Positions 7,886 through 15,796 of a DNA stretch of 21,585 bases are shown here, in pieces. The stretch covers positions 1 to 21,585 of the forward strand of contig JBAXKK010000042.1 of NCBI GenBank assembly GCA_037137395.1, read 5' to 3'. The stretch is from Elusimicrobiota bacterium (GTDB lineage: Bacteria; Elusimicrobiota; Elusimicrobia; Elusimicrobiales; UBA9959). Position 1 is the first letter of the stretch; every line of letters begins with the position of its first letter. A program made the position numbers and the translations under genes. Below the pieces are notes generated by a model. That model saw only the letters and a program-made list of their open reading frames with translations. It was not told where the DNA came from and made no database searches.

Positions 7886-8746
7886 TCAGTTCCAGTTTAC
7901 CACGGGAACATCTTCTGTCTGTTGGATGGCAGGGAGGCGGTCATTGAGTTCTTTCATATTCTGGTTAAGGTCTTTGAAGTTGCCCAGGCCGTCCACGCCG
8001 TATGTCCAGCTGCCGCCTCTTGTGGATAAGGGATTGGAGACTCTCCAATCAAGATCAGACTGAAGATAGGCGACGGGGCGAAGTTTTGTGCCGATATTCA
8101 TCGGGTCTGACATTTTTACGCTGAGGTCAAACTTCCATCCCCACTTTATATTAATTTCAACGGGTTGTACGGTGAAATTGGTGATGTACGCGCCATTGGT
8201 CGGTTCCTTGGCAGTAGTCTCGCCTACTGATACCGGTATGAATGTGTTCTCTTTTACGACGGTGATCTGGGACTTGGGTCCGTTCCCCTCAGTTCCGCCG
8301 TAGAAGAAGGAGATCTTGTACTTAATGCGGATGACATCTATCCCCATGAGGTTGGTGACGGTGTAGTTGTAGATTATCTCTTTAGGGCCTTTCCAGCCTG
8401 AGATGTCGCTCCAATCAAAGGAGAAGCCCGGGGTGGCGCTGGCGTAGGACGAGGCGGCGCCGCCGGATGGCGTACCGCTGGTAATAACTCCCCATACAGA
8501 GGCGCCTGCATTTACCAGTGCTCCGGCGACGGCCAGAGGGGTTTTGTTGATGTTGGCCGGTCGGGCCAGTTTTTGCATCTGCTCCGGAGTGACCGCCTTG
8601 CCGCTGTCGGCTTCAGTGAAAGAGATCACCTCATCCTTTATCATGTAGTAGGATGGATCTTTCTCCGTGGTATTGGCGTATCCGGTCAAGGGGCTGAGAA
8701 TTAAAACTGCGAGAATTGCCGCGACTGCTTTTAAGGTGCTTTGCAT
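7886..8746 (-). CDS. Hypothetical secreted beta-rich protein
   Basis: Start set at MQSTLKAVAAILAVLILSPLTGYA (signal peptide) with GGGAGG RBS; 286 aa; alternating-pattern beta strands (IIYNYTVTN, IRIKYKISFFY, WKFDLSVKM, YLQSDLDWRV). Confidence 0.8.
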   Translation of the reverse strand: MQSTLKAVAAILAVLILSPLTGYANTTEKDPSYYMIKDEVISFTEADSGKAVTPEQMQKLARPANINKTPLAVAGALVNAGASVWGVITSGTPSGGAASSYASATPGFSFDWSDISGWKGPKEIIYNYTVTNLMGIDVIRIKYKISFFYGGTEGNGPKSQITVVKENTFIPVSVGETTAKEPTNGAYITNFTVQPVEINIKWGWKFDLSVKMSDPMNIGTKLRPVAYLQSDLDWRVSNPLSTRGGSWTYGVDGLGNFKDLNQNMKELNDRLPAIQQTEDVPVVNWN

Positions 8747-8786
8747 ATTTTTCCTCCCGTTATTGTGTAGAGCTACTGCCATGTAT

Positions 8787-8815
8787 AGTTTATGGCATGC
8801 GGGGGAATATCACAA
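8787..8815 (-). promoter_or_regulatory. Putative sigma70 promoter of the 8746 gene
   Basis: Minus strand reads TTGTGA-17 nt-TAAACT, about 40 nt upstream of the ATG. Confidence 0.55.
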
Positions 8816-8822
8816 GGGAGGA

Positions 8823-8846
8823 AAGACCCAGATGCTTCTGGGTCTT
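8823..8846. repeat. Perfect 10-bp inverted repeat just upstream of a -35 element (candidate regulator site)
   Basis: AAGACCCAGA-tgct-TCTGGGTCTT. Confidence 0.6.
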
Positions 8847-8881
8847 ATGGCTGCTGGCTGTCCCAAGAAAACTTTAAGGAA

Positions 8882-8967
8882 GCGGCGGGTTGCCAGTCCG
8901 GGGTCCTGCCGCCTGGTCGCCTTTTTGCTTCCCTCGGAAGCCTGCGGGACAAAAAGGGACACAGGCG
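8882..8967. other. Structured intergenic element (nested hairpins; REP/MITE-like or ncRNA candidate)
   Basis: Pairings CGCCTG/CAGGCG, GTC/GAC, CCTTTTTG/CAAAAAGG and inner CTTCC/GGAAG (8910-8967), plus GCGGCGGG/CCTGCCGC (8882-8912). Confidence 0.45.
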
Positions 8968-9047
8968 TCACCCCTCCACCGTTACCCCACCGCATTTAAA
9001 TGTTATGCGAATGGCAGGAAAGGCTGCAAGTCACTGCAGGATTGAGG

Positions 9048-9389
9048 TTAGCGCCCGTAATCGTCGTTGAGCCTGACAGTATCGTCGGGGTGATAGGTGG
9101 AAACCTCAAGCAGAGTCACCCGTCCGTACGGCGCGGCAAAGCGGTGTTTGGTACCGGTGGGAATGGGGGCGGCTTCGCCGGGCTTATAAATCTTCGCTTT
9201 TCCGTTTATCTCCATGCGGCATTTGCCTTTTAGCACATAAAGGGTTTCATGCTTTTTTGTGTGATATTGCAGGCTCAGGCGGGCGCCTTTGTTGATTATA
9301 AGTATTTTGCCCAGATACAGGCCCGGCGCGCTGGCGAAAATATTTTCCTGTCCCCACGGTTTTTTAACTATTGTAGTTTTTGTTTTCAT
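9048..9389 (-). CDS. Cupin protein, mannose-6-phosphate isomerase type II C-terminal-like
   Basis: KKPWG...KILIINKGARLSLQYHTKKHETLYVLKG...IPTGTKHRF...LLEVS...DTVRLNDDYGR matches the cupin domain pattern of ManC/PMI-GMP proteins. Confidence 0.8.
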   Translation of the reverse strand: MKTKTTIVKKPWGQENIFASAPGLYLGKILIINKGARLSLQYHTKKHETLYVLKGKCRMEINGKAKIYKPGEAAPIPTGTKHRFAAPYGRVTLLEVSTYHPDDTVRLNDDYGR

Positions 9390-9409
9390 TGTGATTCAGT
9401 TCTCCGTTT

Positions 9410-10369
9410 TCAGCCCACTGGGCATTTCTTAATATAGCTGAGCACATCCTTCATGCTTGCGGTTGCCATCGCCACGCAAGTGTCGGCTCCGCCGTAATAG
9501 ATGCGCAGCTCATCCGAGGGGAGGTCGTGAATCCAGCCTCCGGGAAAAAGCACATCGCTCACGTCTCCGAATTTTTCGTACGGCGCCAGCGGCGCCAGCA
9601 CCCAGTTGCGGCTGCGGCGCAGGACTTTCCATGGCTCTTTTAAATCCAGGAGCGCCAGACCGACCCGGTAAATGCTGCTGCTGCAGGTTTCTCTCACGCC
9701 GTGATACAGTATAAGCCAGCCTTCCGGAGTTTCAAGCGGCTGCGGACAAAGGCCGAGCTTTGCGCCATCCCATGCGTTGCCGGCGCGCGTTCTCATGAAT
9801 ATTTTAAAGTCTCCCCAGTGTTTCAGGTCAGGGGAAAAAGACATCCACATATGAGCCGGCTGGTTCGGGCTCAGGATGGGCCGATGTATCATGGCCCATC
9901 GGCCGCCGATGCGCCGCGGAAAAAGGGCGGCATCCTTATCTGCGGGGCGCAGTATCGGGCCCAAGCGTTTGAATTGCCTGAAATCTTTTGTGGTGGCCAG
10001 GGATACAAGCGGGCCGTCAGCGGAATAAGAGGTATAAGTTACGGCCCATACTTTAAGTTCCGGCAGCCAGGTTACGCGGGGGTCCTCTATGCCCAGGATC
10101 TCTTCCGGGTGGTTCTTGGGGTCGGTCGGCAGCGTGGGCGATTTATCTACGACCCAGCCGGTTTTGCCGTCCTTGCTGCGCGCCGTGGTCAGATGTGAAA
10201 CTCCGAAACGGTCCTCTACGCGCACCAGCAGCACTGTCTGGCCGCCGACCTGCGCGGCGGCGGGATTAAACACCGTATTTACCGGGTAGGGCCAGTTTTC
10301 GGGAGTCAATATGGGATTATCTTCATGCCTACGGAACAAATTTTCATCAAGGTACCGTTTGGCGGTCAT
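9410..10369 (-). CDS. GH130 family beta-mannoside phosphorylase/glycosidase
   Basis: Motifs NPIL, VFNPAA, LLVRVED, GIEDPRVT, YTSYS, DKDAALFP, MIHRP, GWLILYHGV, YRVGLALLD, YYGGADT. Start set at ATG 10369 (MTAKRY) with GGGAGG RBS; 319 aa; no signal peptide. Confidence 0.92.
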   Translation of the reverse strand: MTAKRYLDENLFRRHEDNPILTPENWPYPVNTVFNPAAAQVGGQTVLLVRVEDRFGVSHLTTARSKDGKTGWVVDKSPTLPTDPKNHPEEILGIEDPRVTWLPELKVWAVTYTSYSADGPLVSLATTKDFRQFKRLGPILRPADKDAALFPRRIGGRWAMIHRPILSPNQPAHMWMSFSPDLKHWGDFKIFMRTRAGNAWDGAKLGLCPQPLETPEGWLILYHGVRETCSSSIYRVGLALLDLKEPWKVLRRSRNWVLAPLAPYEKFGDVSDVLFPGGWIHDLPSDELRIYYGGADTCVAMATASMKDVLSYIKKCPVG

Positions 10370-10412
10370 TTTTGTTTCCTCCCGCGTATGATGTAAAGCC
10401 TGTAAACTACTA

Positions 10413-10443
10413 TGAGCGTTCAACCCTTTATATAGTGTACAAT
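10413..10443. promoter_or_regulatory. Divergent promoter region with overlapping -10 boxes and a LacI-type near-palindrome
   Basis: TACAAT (+, 10438-10443) overlaps TACACT (-, 10434-10439); TGAGCGTTCA at 10413-10422. Confidence 0.35.
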
Positions 10444-10511
10444 GTTTTAATCGGTACCGGGGGCAGTTTTCGGGTTTAGCCGTCCGATTTTCACAGGTTA
10501 AATGTGAGGAT

Positions 10512-11768
10512 ATGTTTTTCATGCGTGCTATATTTTTCACAATAATATTTTTTCTGTTCGCCGGTTCTTCAGGCGCCATTGAGCTCACTTATTGGACTTC
10601 TTCAAACCCGGAAGAAATAGAGCTGGGCCGGCTGCTGGTCAAACAGTGGAACCTGTCGAACCCGGATGTGCAGGTGAAAATGCAGCCTATTCCTGCCACT
10701 CAGTCCAGCGAAGAAGTGCTGCTGGCCGCTATTGTTTCAAAAACCACTCCTGATGTCTGCTCCAACATTCTGCCTGCCATAATGGGGCGGTTCACCAAAT
10801 CTAAGGCGGTCTTGGCTCTTAACGCTTTCCCTGATTATGAAAAAGCCGTGATCGGCAGAACCGGAACTAAGCTGGCGGATCTGTTCCGGTCGCGCGACGG
10901 CAAACTTTATCAGGTGCCGTGGAAATGCAATCCGGTCATGCTAGCCTACAACACCGCCATATTCCGCGCTTTGGGGCTTAAGCCGCCCAAAACTTACTCA
11001 GATTTTTCGAAAGTGGCCGAGACGATAGCCGCCGACAAGAATAATCCCGGCCGCTGGGCGATGGCGGTTTCCATAAAAACCACGTGGTGGCAGCGGCTGT
11101 TCGATTTTTATCCTTTTTATGTGGCTGCCACCGGCGGCCGGACTTTGCTTTGCAATGATTCCGCCGCCTTTAACAGCCCCGGCGGAGTGGCGGCGATGAC
11201 CTTTTTCAGGGACGGGTTTAGGAAGCGTTATTTTCCCATGCTTGGATTCTCGGGCAATATTTTCCTTGAAGGCAAAACAGCCATGGATGTCGCCGGACCC
11301 TGGGCCATAAAATATTACCGCAGGCTCAAGCCGGGATTTGAATTTGATTTTGCTCCGATTCCCGTGCCGGACAGCTATAAAGGGCCGGTATACACTTACG
11401 GCGATCCTAAAAATATCGTTATATTCGCCACCACAAAGTATCCTAAGCAGTCATGGGAGTTTGTCAAGTTCCTTATAAGCAAGGAAGCCGATTTGAAGCT
11501 GCTGGAACTTACTAATCAGGTTCCGATGCGCAGCGGGATAGTCTCGGATCCGTTTTACGGCGGTTTTTTTGATAAAAATCCTCTGCTCCGCAAGGCGGCC
11601 CGGCAGGCGCAATATGTAGTGCCGATGGACGAATCACAGCATCTTGTTCAGATACTGGATATAATATCCGGCCAGTTTGAGGCGGCGGCGGTTTACGCGG
11701 TGATAACGCCCGAGAAGGCCCTGGCGATAGCCGCAAAAAAAACACAGGCACTTTATGACTACTGGTGA
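10512..11768 (+). CDS. Carbohydrate ABC transporter substrate-binding protein (CUT1 family)
   Basis: Signal peptide without lipobox; motifs WN..NPDVQV, PDV, DGKLYQVPW, LAYNTAIF, PPKTY, FLEGKTAM..GPW, SWEFVKFL. Confidence 0.93.
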   Translation: MFFMRAIFFTIIFFLFAGSSGAIELTYWTSSNPEEIELGRLLVKQWNLSNPDVQVKMQPIPATQSSEEVLLAAIVSKTTPDVCSNILPAIMGRFTKSKAVLALNAFPDYEKAVIGRTGTKLADLFRSRDGKLYQVPWKCNPVMLAYNTAIFRALGLKPPKTYSDFSKVAETIAADKNNPGRWAMAVSIKTTWWQRLFDFYPFYVAATGGRTLLCNDSAAFNSPGGVAAMTFFRDGFRKRYFPMLGFSGNIFLEGKTAMDVAGPWAIKYYRRLKPGFEFDFAPIPVPDSYKGPVYTYGDPKNIVIFATTKYPKQSWEFVKFLISKEADLKLLELTNQVPMRSGIVSDPFYGGFFDKNPLLRKAARQAQYVVPMDESQHLVQILDIISGQFEAAAVYAVITPEKALAIAAKKTQALYDYW

Positions 11769-12621
11769 CGAGAGAAAAGACGCTATAGGGTATGCTTTTA
11801 CGGCCCCCTATATCTTATTTCTGCTGGTTTTTACGGCTTACCCGCTGCTGTTTTCTTTTTATCTGGTCTTCCATAGCTGGGACCTGATAACCCCGCCGGA
11901 ATATGTCGGGCTGAAGAATTTTTATTTTCTGATGCACGACACGGATTTCTGGCAGGCGCTTTTGAATACTCTTGTTTTCCTGGCCATACATATCCCCGCG
12001 CAGGTGGTGTTTTCGATAATGATAGCCATGGCGCTGGCCGAGAAGATCGTCGCCAAAACATTCTTCCGCGCCGCATTTTTTCTGCCGGTCATAATATCCG
12101 GAGCGGTGGTCACCATCCTCTGGGCCAAGCTCTATTCCACCGACACTGGGATATTCAATCAGCTCCTCGGGCTGGCCGGCGTAGCGCCTGTCAAATGGCT
12201 TACCAGCACCGGCCTCGCGATGCCTTCAATCGCCGTCATGGCGACATGGAAAAACATGGGGTTTTATATAGTTCTTTTCCTCGCGGGCCTGCTGAGTATC
12301 CCCGCGCATCTTTATGAGGTTTCAAAAATCGAGGGCACGACCCGCTGGCAGGACTTTTGGCATATAACCCTGCCCCTGCTCCGGCCTACGATGCTGCTGG
12401 TTGTGGTTCTTTCCACCTTCGGCGCGTTCAGCCTTTTTATTGAGCCTTACGTTATGACCGGCGGCGGTCCGCTTAACTCCACTATGTCGGTGGTGTTGTA
12501 CATGTATAAGCACGCGTTCCTTTTTCAGCATATGGGTTATGCCGCCACGATCGGGTTCGCGCTGGCGGCGATAATACTGCTGGTCGTGCTGATCCAGAAA
12601 AAATACCTGGACAGTGATTGA
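11755..12621 (+). CDS. Carbohydrate ABC transporter permease 1 (MalF/UgpA-like)
   Basis: Multiple TM segments; YVGLKNF, FRAAFFLP, EAA-like loop LAGLLSIPAHLYEVSKIEG, ITLPLLRP, MTGGGP, MGYAA. Confidence 0.93.
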   Translation: MTTGDERKDAIGYAFTAPYILFLLVFTAYPLLFSFYLVFHSWDLITPPEYVGLKNFYFLMHDTDFWQALLNTLVFLAIHIPAQVVFSIMIAMALAEKIVAKTFFRAAFFLPVIISGAVVTILWAKLYSTDTGIFNQLLGLAGVAPVKWLTSTGLAMPSIAVMATWKNMGFYIVLFLAGLLSIPAHLYEVSKIEGTTRWQDFWHITLPLLRPTMLLVVVLSTFGAFSLFIEPYVMTGGGPLNSTMSVVLYMYKHAFLFQHMGYAATIGFALAAIILLVVLIQKKYLDSD

Positions 12622-12623
12622 AT

Positions 12624-13433
12624 ATGAAAAAACTCGCCCTTTATCTTATACTCATCTGCGCCGCCGTAAGTTTCATCTACCCTTTTTTGTGGATGGCCTT
12701 TATCTCGCTTAAATCAGTCGGAGACGCAGGCGCGGGGAGCTTTTTATCTTCTTTTTTTACCCTGCAGAATTATAAAGCCGTTTTTATGGAAATCCCGATA
12801 GGACGCGCGCTTTTAAACAGCGCTATTGTGGCGCTATCCACCACGGCTTCGGTTATATTTTTCAGCTCGCTTGTCGGCTACGCCCTGGCAAAGCTCAGAT
12901 TCAACGGCCGGGAGACGGTGTTTATGATAGTGCTGCTTACTATGATGATTCCGGGGCAGCTGACTTTGATACCGCTGTATACGCTTATAGTCAGGCTGGG
13001 GTGGATCGACGCCTACCCCGCCCTTATCGCGCCATGGATGATAAGCGCCATGGGCATACTAATTTTCCGGCAGACATTCATCTCCATACCCGACGATCTG
13101 ATAGAAGCCGCCCGGATGGAGGGCTGCGGAGAGCTGCGGATCCTGACTTCCATATTTTGGCCGCTTTCAAAGCCGGCCATGGTGACCGTGGGCATCATCA
13201 CGTTCATGAATTCGTGGAACGAGGTGCTATGGCCGATGATGGTCGTGCGCCGTCAGGAGATGATGACTATGCCGCAGATGATAACGACATTCTCGGTGGG
13301 CGGGCAGTCCGGGGGGGAGCTGGGGGTTGAAATGGCTGCGTCAATGCTGCTAATCATCCCGATACTGGCCGCCTACGCATTTTTCCAGAAATATTTTATA
13401 GACGGAATAGCCTCCACGGGAATCAAAGGCTGA
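12624..13433 (+). CDS. Carbohydrate ABC transporter permease 2 (MalG/UgpE-like)
   Basis: YPFLWM, GYALAKLRF, IPDDLIEAARMEG (EAA motif), SWNE.LWP, FQKYFIDGI. ATG 12624 preferred over TTG 12618. Confidence 0.93.
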   Translation: MKKLALYLILICAAVSFIYPFLWMAFISLKSVGDAGAGSFLSSFFTLQNYKAVFMEIPIGRALLNSAIVALSTTASVIFFSSLVGYALAKLRFNGRETVFMIVLLTMMIPGQLTLIPLYTLIVRLGWIDAYPALIAPWMISAMGILIFRQTFISIPDDLIEAARMEGCGELRILTSIFWPLSKPAMVTVGIITFMNSWNEVLWPMMVVRRQEMMTMPQMITTFSVGGQSGGELGVEMAASMLLIIPILAAYAFFQKYFIDGIASTGIKG

Positions 13434-13450
13434 TAAACAGGAGACAGAAG

Positions 13451-14551
13451 ATGGCAAAAGTAATTTTTGAAAAAGTGGTAAAGCGCTACCCGTCCGGCGA
13501 CAGGGACACGGTCAGGGAATTGAGCCTCACCATAAACGACGGGGAGTTTCTGGTGCTGGTCGGACCGTCCGGCTGCGGCAAGTCCACGATTCTCAGGATG
13601 CTCGCGGGGCTGATAAACGTGACTGCCGGCAAAATATTTATTGACGGCAAAGATATCACGCGTCTGCATCCCAAGGACAGGGACATCTCAATGGTGTTCC
13701 AGAATTACGCGCTCTTTCCGCATCTCAACGTGTATGACAATATCGCTTTCGGGCTGAAAATGCGCGGCGCGCCGAAAAAAGAAATTGACGACCGCGTGCG
13801 GGAGGCCGCCGCGCTTTTAGGAATAGTGCCGCTGCTCCATAAAAAACCCAAGGAGCTCAGCGGCGGACAGAGTCAGCGCGTGGCGGTGGGCAGGGCCATA
13901 GTGCGGAGGCCCAAAGTGTTTCTTTTTGACGAGCCGCTGTCTAACCTGGACGCCAAAATGCGCACGCAGATGCGCGCTGAGATATCCCGCCTGCACCGCC
14001 GGCTTAAAGCGACCGCGATTTACGTTACCCACGACCAATGCGAGGCTATGACTATGGCGGACCGCATGGTGGTGCTGCACGACGGCGTTATTGGGCAGTG
14101 CGGGACTCCTCATGAGATATACTCAACTCCGCGCAACACTTTCGTGGCCACTTTTATCGGCAGCCCTCCCATGAATTTGTTTGCCGCGCAGGCGGTTTGC
14201 GACGGGGCCGCGTCCGGCCTTAAAATAAATAATTTTGTGCTGCCGCTGCCGCCCCTGACCGCCGCGCGGCTGGAGACCGGGAGTAAATGCACGTTCGGCA
14301 TAAGGCCGGAGCATATCTACCTTGCCGACCGTGTTCCTCCGGGCGTTAATTCCAGCGTGCCGCTGGCCTGTGAGGTGGAGCTGGCGGAATCCATGGGCAA
14401 TGACGTAGTGCTGCACTGCAATAGCGGAGGGCTCGCGTTTCAAGCAAGTCTGAAACATGATTTCCCCGTTAAGTCGGGCGACAAAATAAATGTGGTGTTC
14501 GCTCTGGATAAGAGTCATGTGTTTGACGAAAATGGCGAGAGGGTGGCATGA
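13451..14551 (+). CDS. Carbohydrate ABC transporter ATP-binding protein (MalK/MsmK/UgpC-like)
   Basis: Walker A GPSGCGKST, Q-loop VFQNYALFPH, signature LSGGQ, Walker B FLFDEPLSNLD, YVTHDQ, FIGSPPMN, GIRPEH (TOBE domain). Confidence 0.96.
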   Translation: MAKVIFEKVVKRYPSGDRDTVRELSLTINDGEFLVLVGPSGCGKSTILRMLAGLINVTAGKIFIDGKDITRLHPKDRDISMVFQNYALFPHLNVYDNIAFGLKMRGAPKKEIDDRVREAAALLGIVPLLHKKPKELSGGQSQRVAVGRAIVRRPKVFLFDEPLSNLDAKMRTQMRAEISRLHRRLKATAIYVTHDQCEAMTMADRMVVLHDGVIGQCGTPHEIYSTPRNTFVATFIGSPPMNLFAAQAVCDGAASGLKINNFVLPLPPLTAARLETGSKCTFGIRPEHIYLADRVPPGVNSSVPLACEVELAESMGNDVVLHCNSGGLAFQASLKHDFPVKSGDKINVVFALDKSHVFDENGERVA

Positions 14552-15744
14552 GATTTTTGACAGCTAAAGTGTTTGTTTTGAACATGGCGGTTTGCGCCAT
14601 CCTGCAGGTTTATACCTGCGGTGCGGTTTCCGCGGCCGGGCGGTTGGATGATGCTCTGCGGGTGTCGTCTGCTACGGTTGGCGTGTTTGCGCTGCCTGAT
14701 CCGGACCTGCGCCGTCTCAGGGCTCTCACGGATGATACCGGGATGTTTGAATTCGCTGACGGGCTGGTTCCCAGCCGCGAGAACGGCTATTGCACGGAAG
14801 ATGTCGCGCGCGCTCTTGTAGCCGTGCTGATCTACAACCGGCAGGCGAAGCCCGGAGATACAGCCGCCGCGCCGCTCGCAAAAATATACATGAATTATCT
14901 TGCCCGCGCTCAAAAGAAGGACGGCGATTTCTATCACAGGATGGACTATAAGCGGCATAGCAGTGGTCAGGCCACTGAAGATTCATACGGGCGGGCCTTA
15001 TGGGGCCTGGGTTACGCCGCGGCTTATCCGGTTGACGAGGCCTCGGGCGTCGCCGCCGGCGGGATGTTTAAAAAAGCTCTGCCCCGCGCCCGACAACTTA
15101 AATGGCCCAGGTCCATAGCCTACTCCATGCTTGGCCTGCATTATTATCTCGCGCGGTTCCCCGAAGATGCCGGCGCGCGGACCCTGATGAAAACTCTGGC
15201 CGACCGGCTTATGGTCATGTACAAGAAACAATCATCAAATGACTGGCCGTGGTTTGAGCCTATACTGACATATGATAACGCCAAACTGCCGCACGCGCTT
15301 TTTCTCGCCTATGAAGATCTCAAAAGCGCGCAATATCTTGATACGGCTGTAAAGACGCTTGATTTCCTTATAAAGGTGAATTTCCCGCAGGGAAATATGC
15401 TCCGTATAGTAGGAAACAAGGGCTGGTATCCCAAAGGCGGAAAGCCCGCGCTATACGACCAGCAGCCCACGGATGCAGCCAGCATGGCGGAGGCCTGCGC
15501 CACGGCTTACCGCGTTACGGGGTTAGCCGTGTATAAGGATAGGGCGCTCAATTCTTTTGAATGGTTCCTAGGTAATAATATAAGCGGCAAGCCTATTTAT
15601 GACGCGGCCACCGGCGGATCCCGCGATGGTCTTAAAGAATCGGAAATTAATAATAATGAGGGCGCGGAATCAAGCATTATGTTCGTCATAGCTCACCTGA
15701 CGCTTCTGGAAATTATTCCGCGCCAAACGGGAAACGACAGATAA
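14548..15744 (+). CDS. Six-hairpin (alpha/alpha)6 glycosidase-like protein; stand-alone form of the domain usually C-terminal to GT4 glycosyltransferases; probable signal peptide
   Basis: Motifs LRALTDDTG, GYCTEDVARAL, EDSYGRALWGLG, WPWFE..LTYDNAKLPHAL, YDQQP, WFLGNN, GGSRDGL, NEGAES. ATGA overlap with the ATPase gene; hydrophobic N-terminus ending AVSAA. Confidence 0.75.
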   Translation: MRFLTAKVFVLNMAVCAILQVYTCGAVSAAGRLDDALRVSSATVGVFALPDPDLRRLRALTDDTGMFEFADGLVPSRENGYCTEDVARALVAVLIYNRQAKPGDTAAAPLAKIYMNYLARAQKKDGDFYHRMDYKRHSSGQATEDSYGRALWGLGYAAAYPVDEASGVAAGGMFKKALPRARQLKWPRSIAYSMLGLHYYLARFPEDAGARTLMKTLADRLMVMYKKQSSNDWPWFEPILTYDNAKLPHALFLAYEDLKSAQYLDTAVKTLDFLIKVNFPQGNMLRIVGNKGWYPKGGKPALYDQQPTDAASMAEACATAYRVTGLAVYKDRALNSFEWFLGNNISGKPIYDAATGGSRDGLKESEINNNEGAESSIMFVIAHLTLLEIIPRQTGNDR

Positions 15745-15796
15745 CAACGCTTATGTCGCCTCCGGATCGGGCTTGAAAAAGCAGAGGGATGAACAT

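Noticed and set aside
8920..8950. SRP RNA-like string on the minus strand (CAGG-cttccgaggga-AGCA)
   Set aside because: 11 nt rather than 10 between CAGG and AGCA, no GNRA tetraloop, and the flanks (ccg/aaa) cannot form the next SRP helix.
8667..9233. Short ORFs across the 8.75-9.05 kb intergenic region (8667-8999, 8792-9070, 8810-8995, 9000-9233)
   Set aside because: No recognisable motifs; they overlap real genes, a promoter and hairpins.
10491..10507. TCACA-N7-TGTGA, a CRP-like site
   Set aside because: Half-site order is inverted and spacing is wrong for CRP (TGTGA-N6-TCACA); at most a weak hairpin over the RBS.
10370..10588. 73-aa N-terminal extension of the GH130 ORF
   Set aside because: It overlaps the divergent SBP gene and promoter region; a clear GGGAGG RBS supports ATG 10369.
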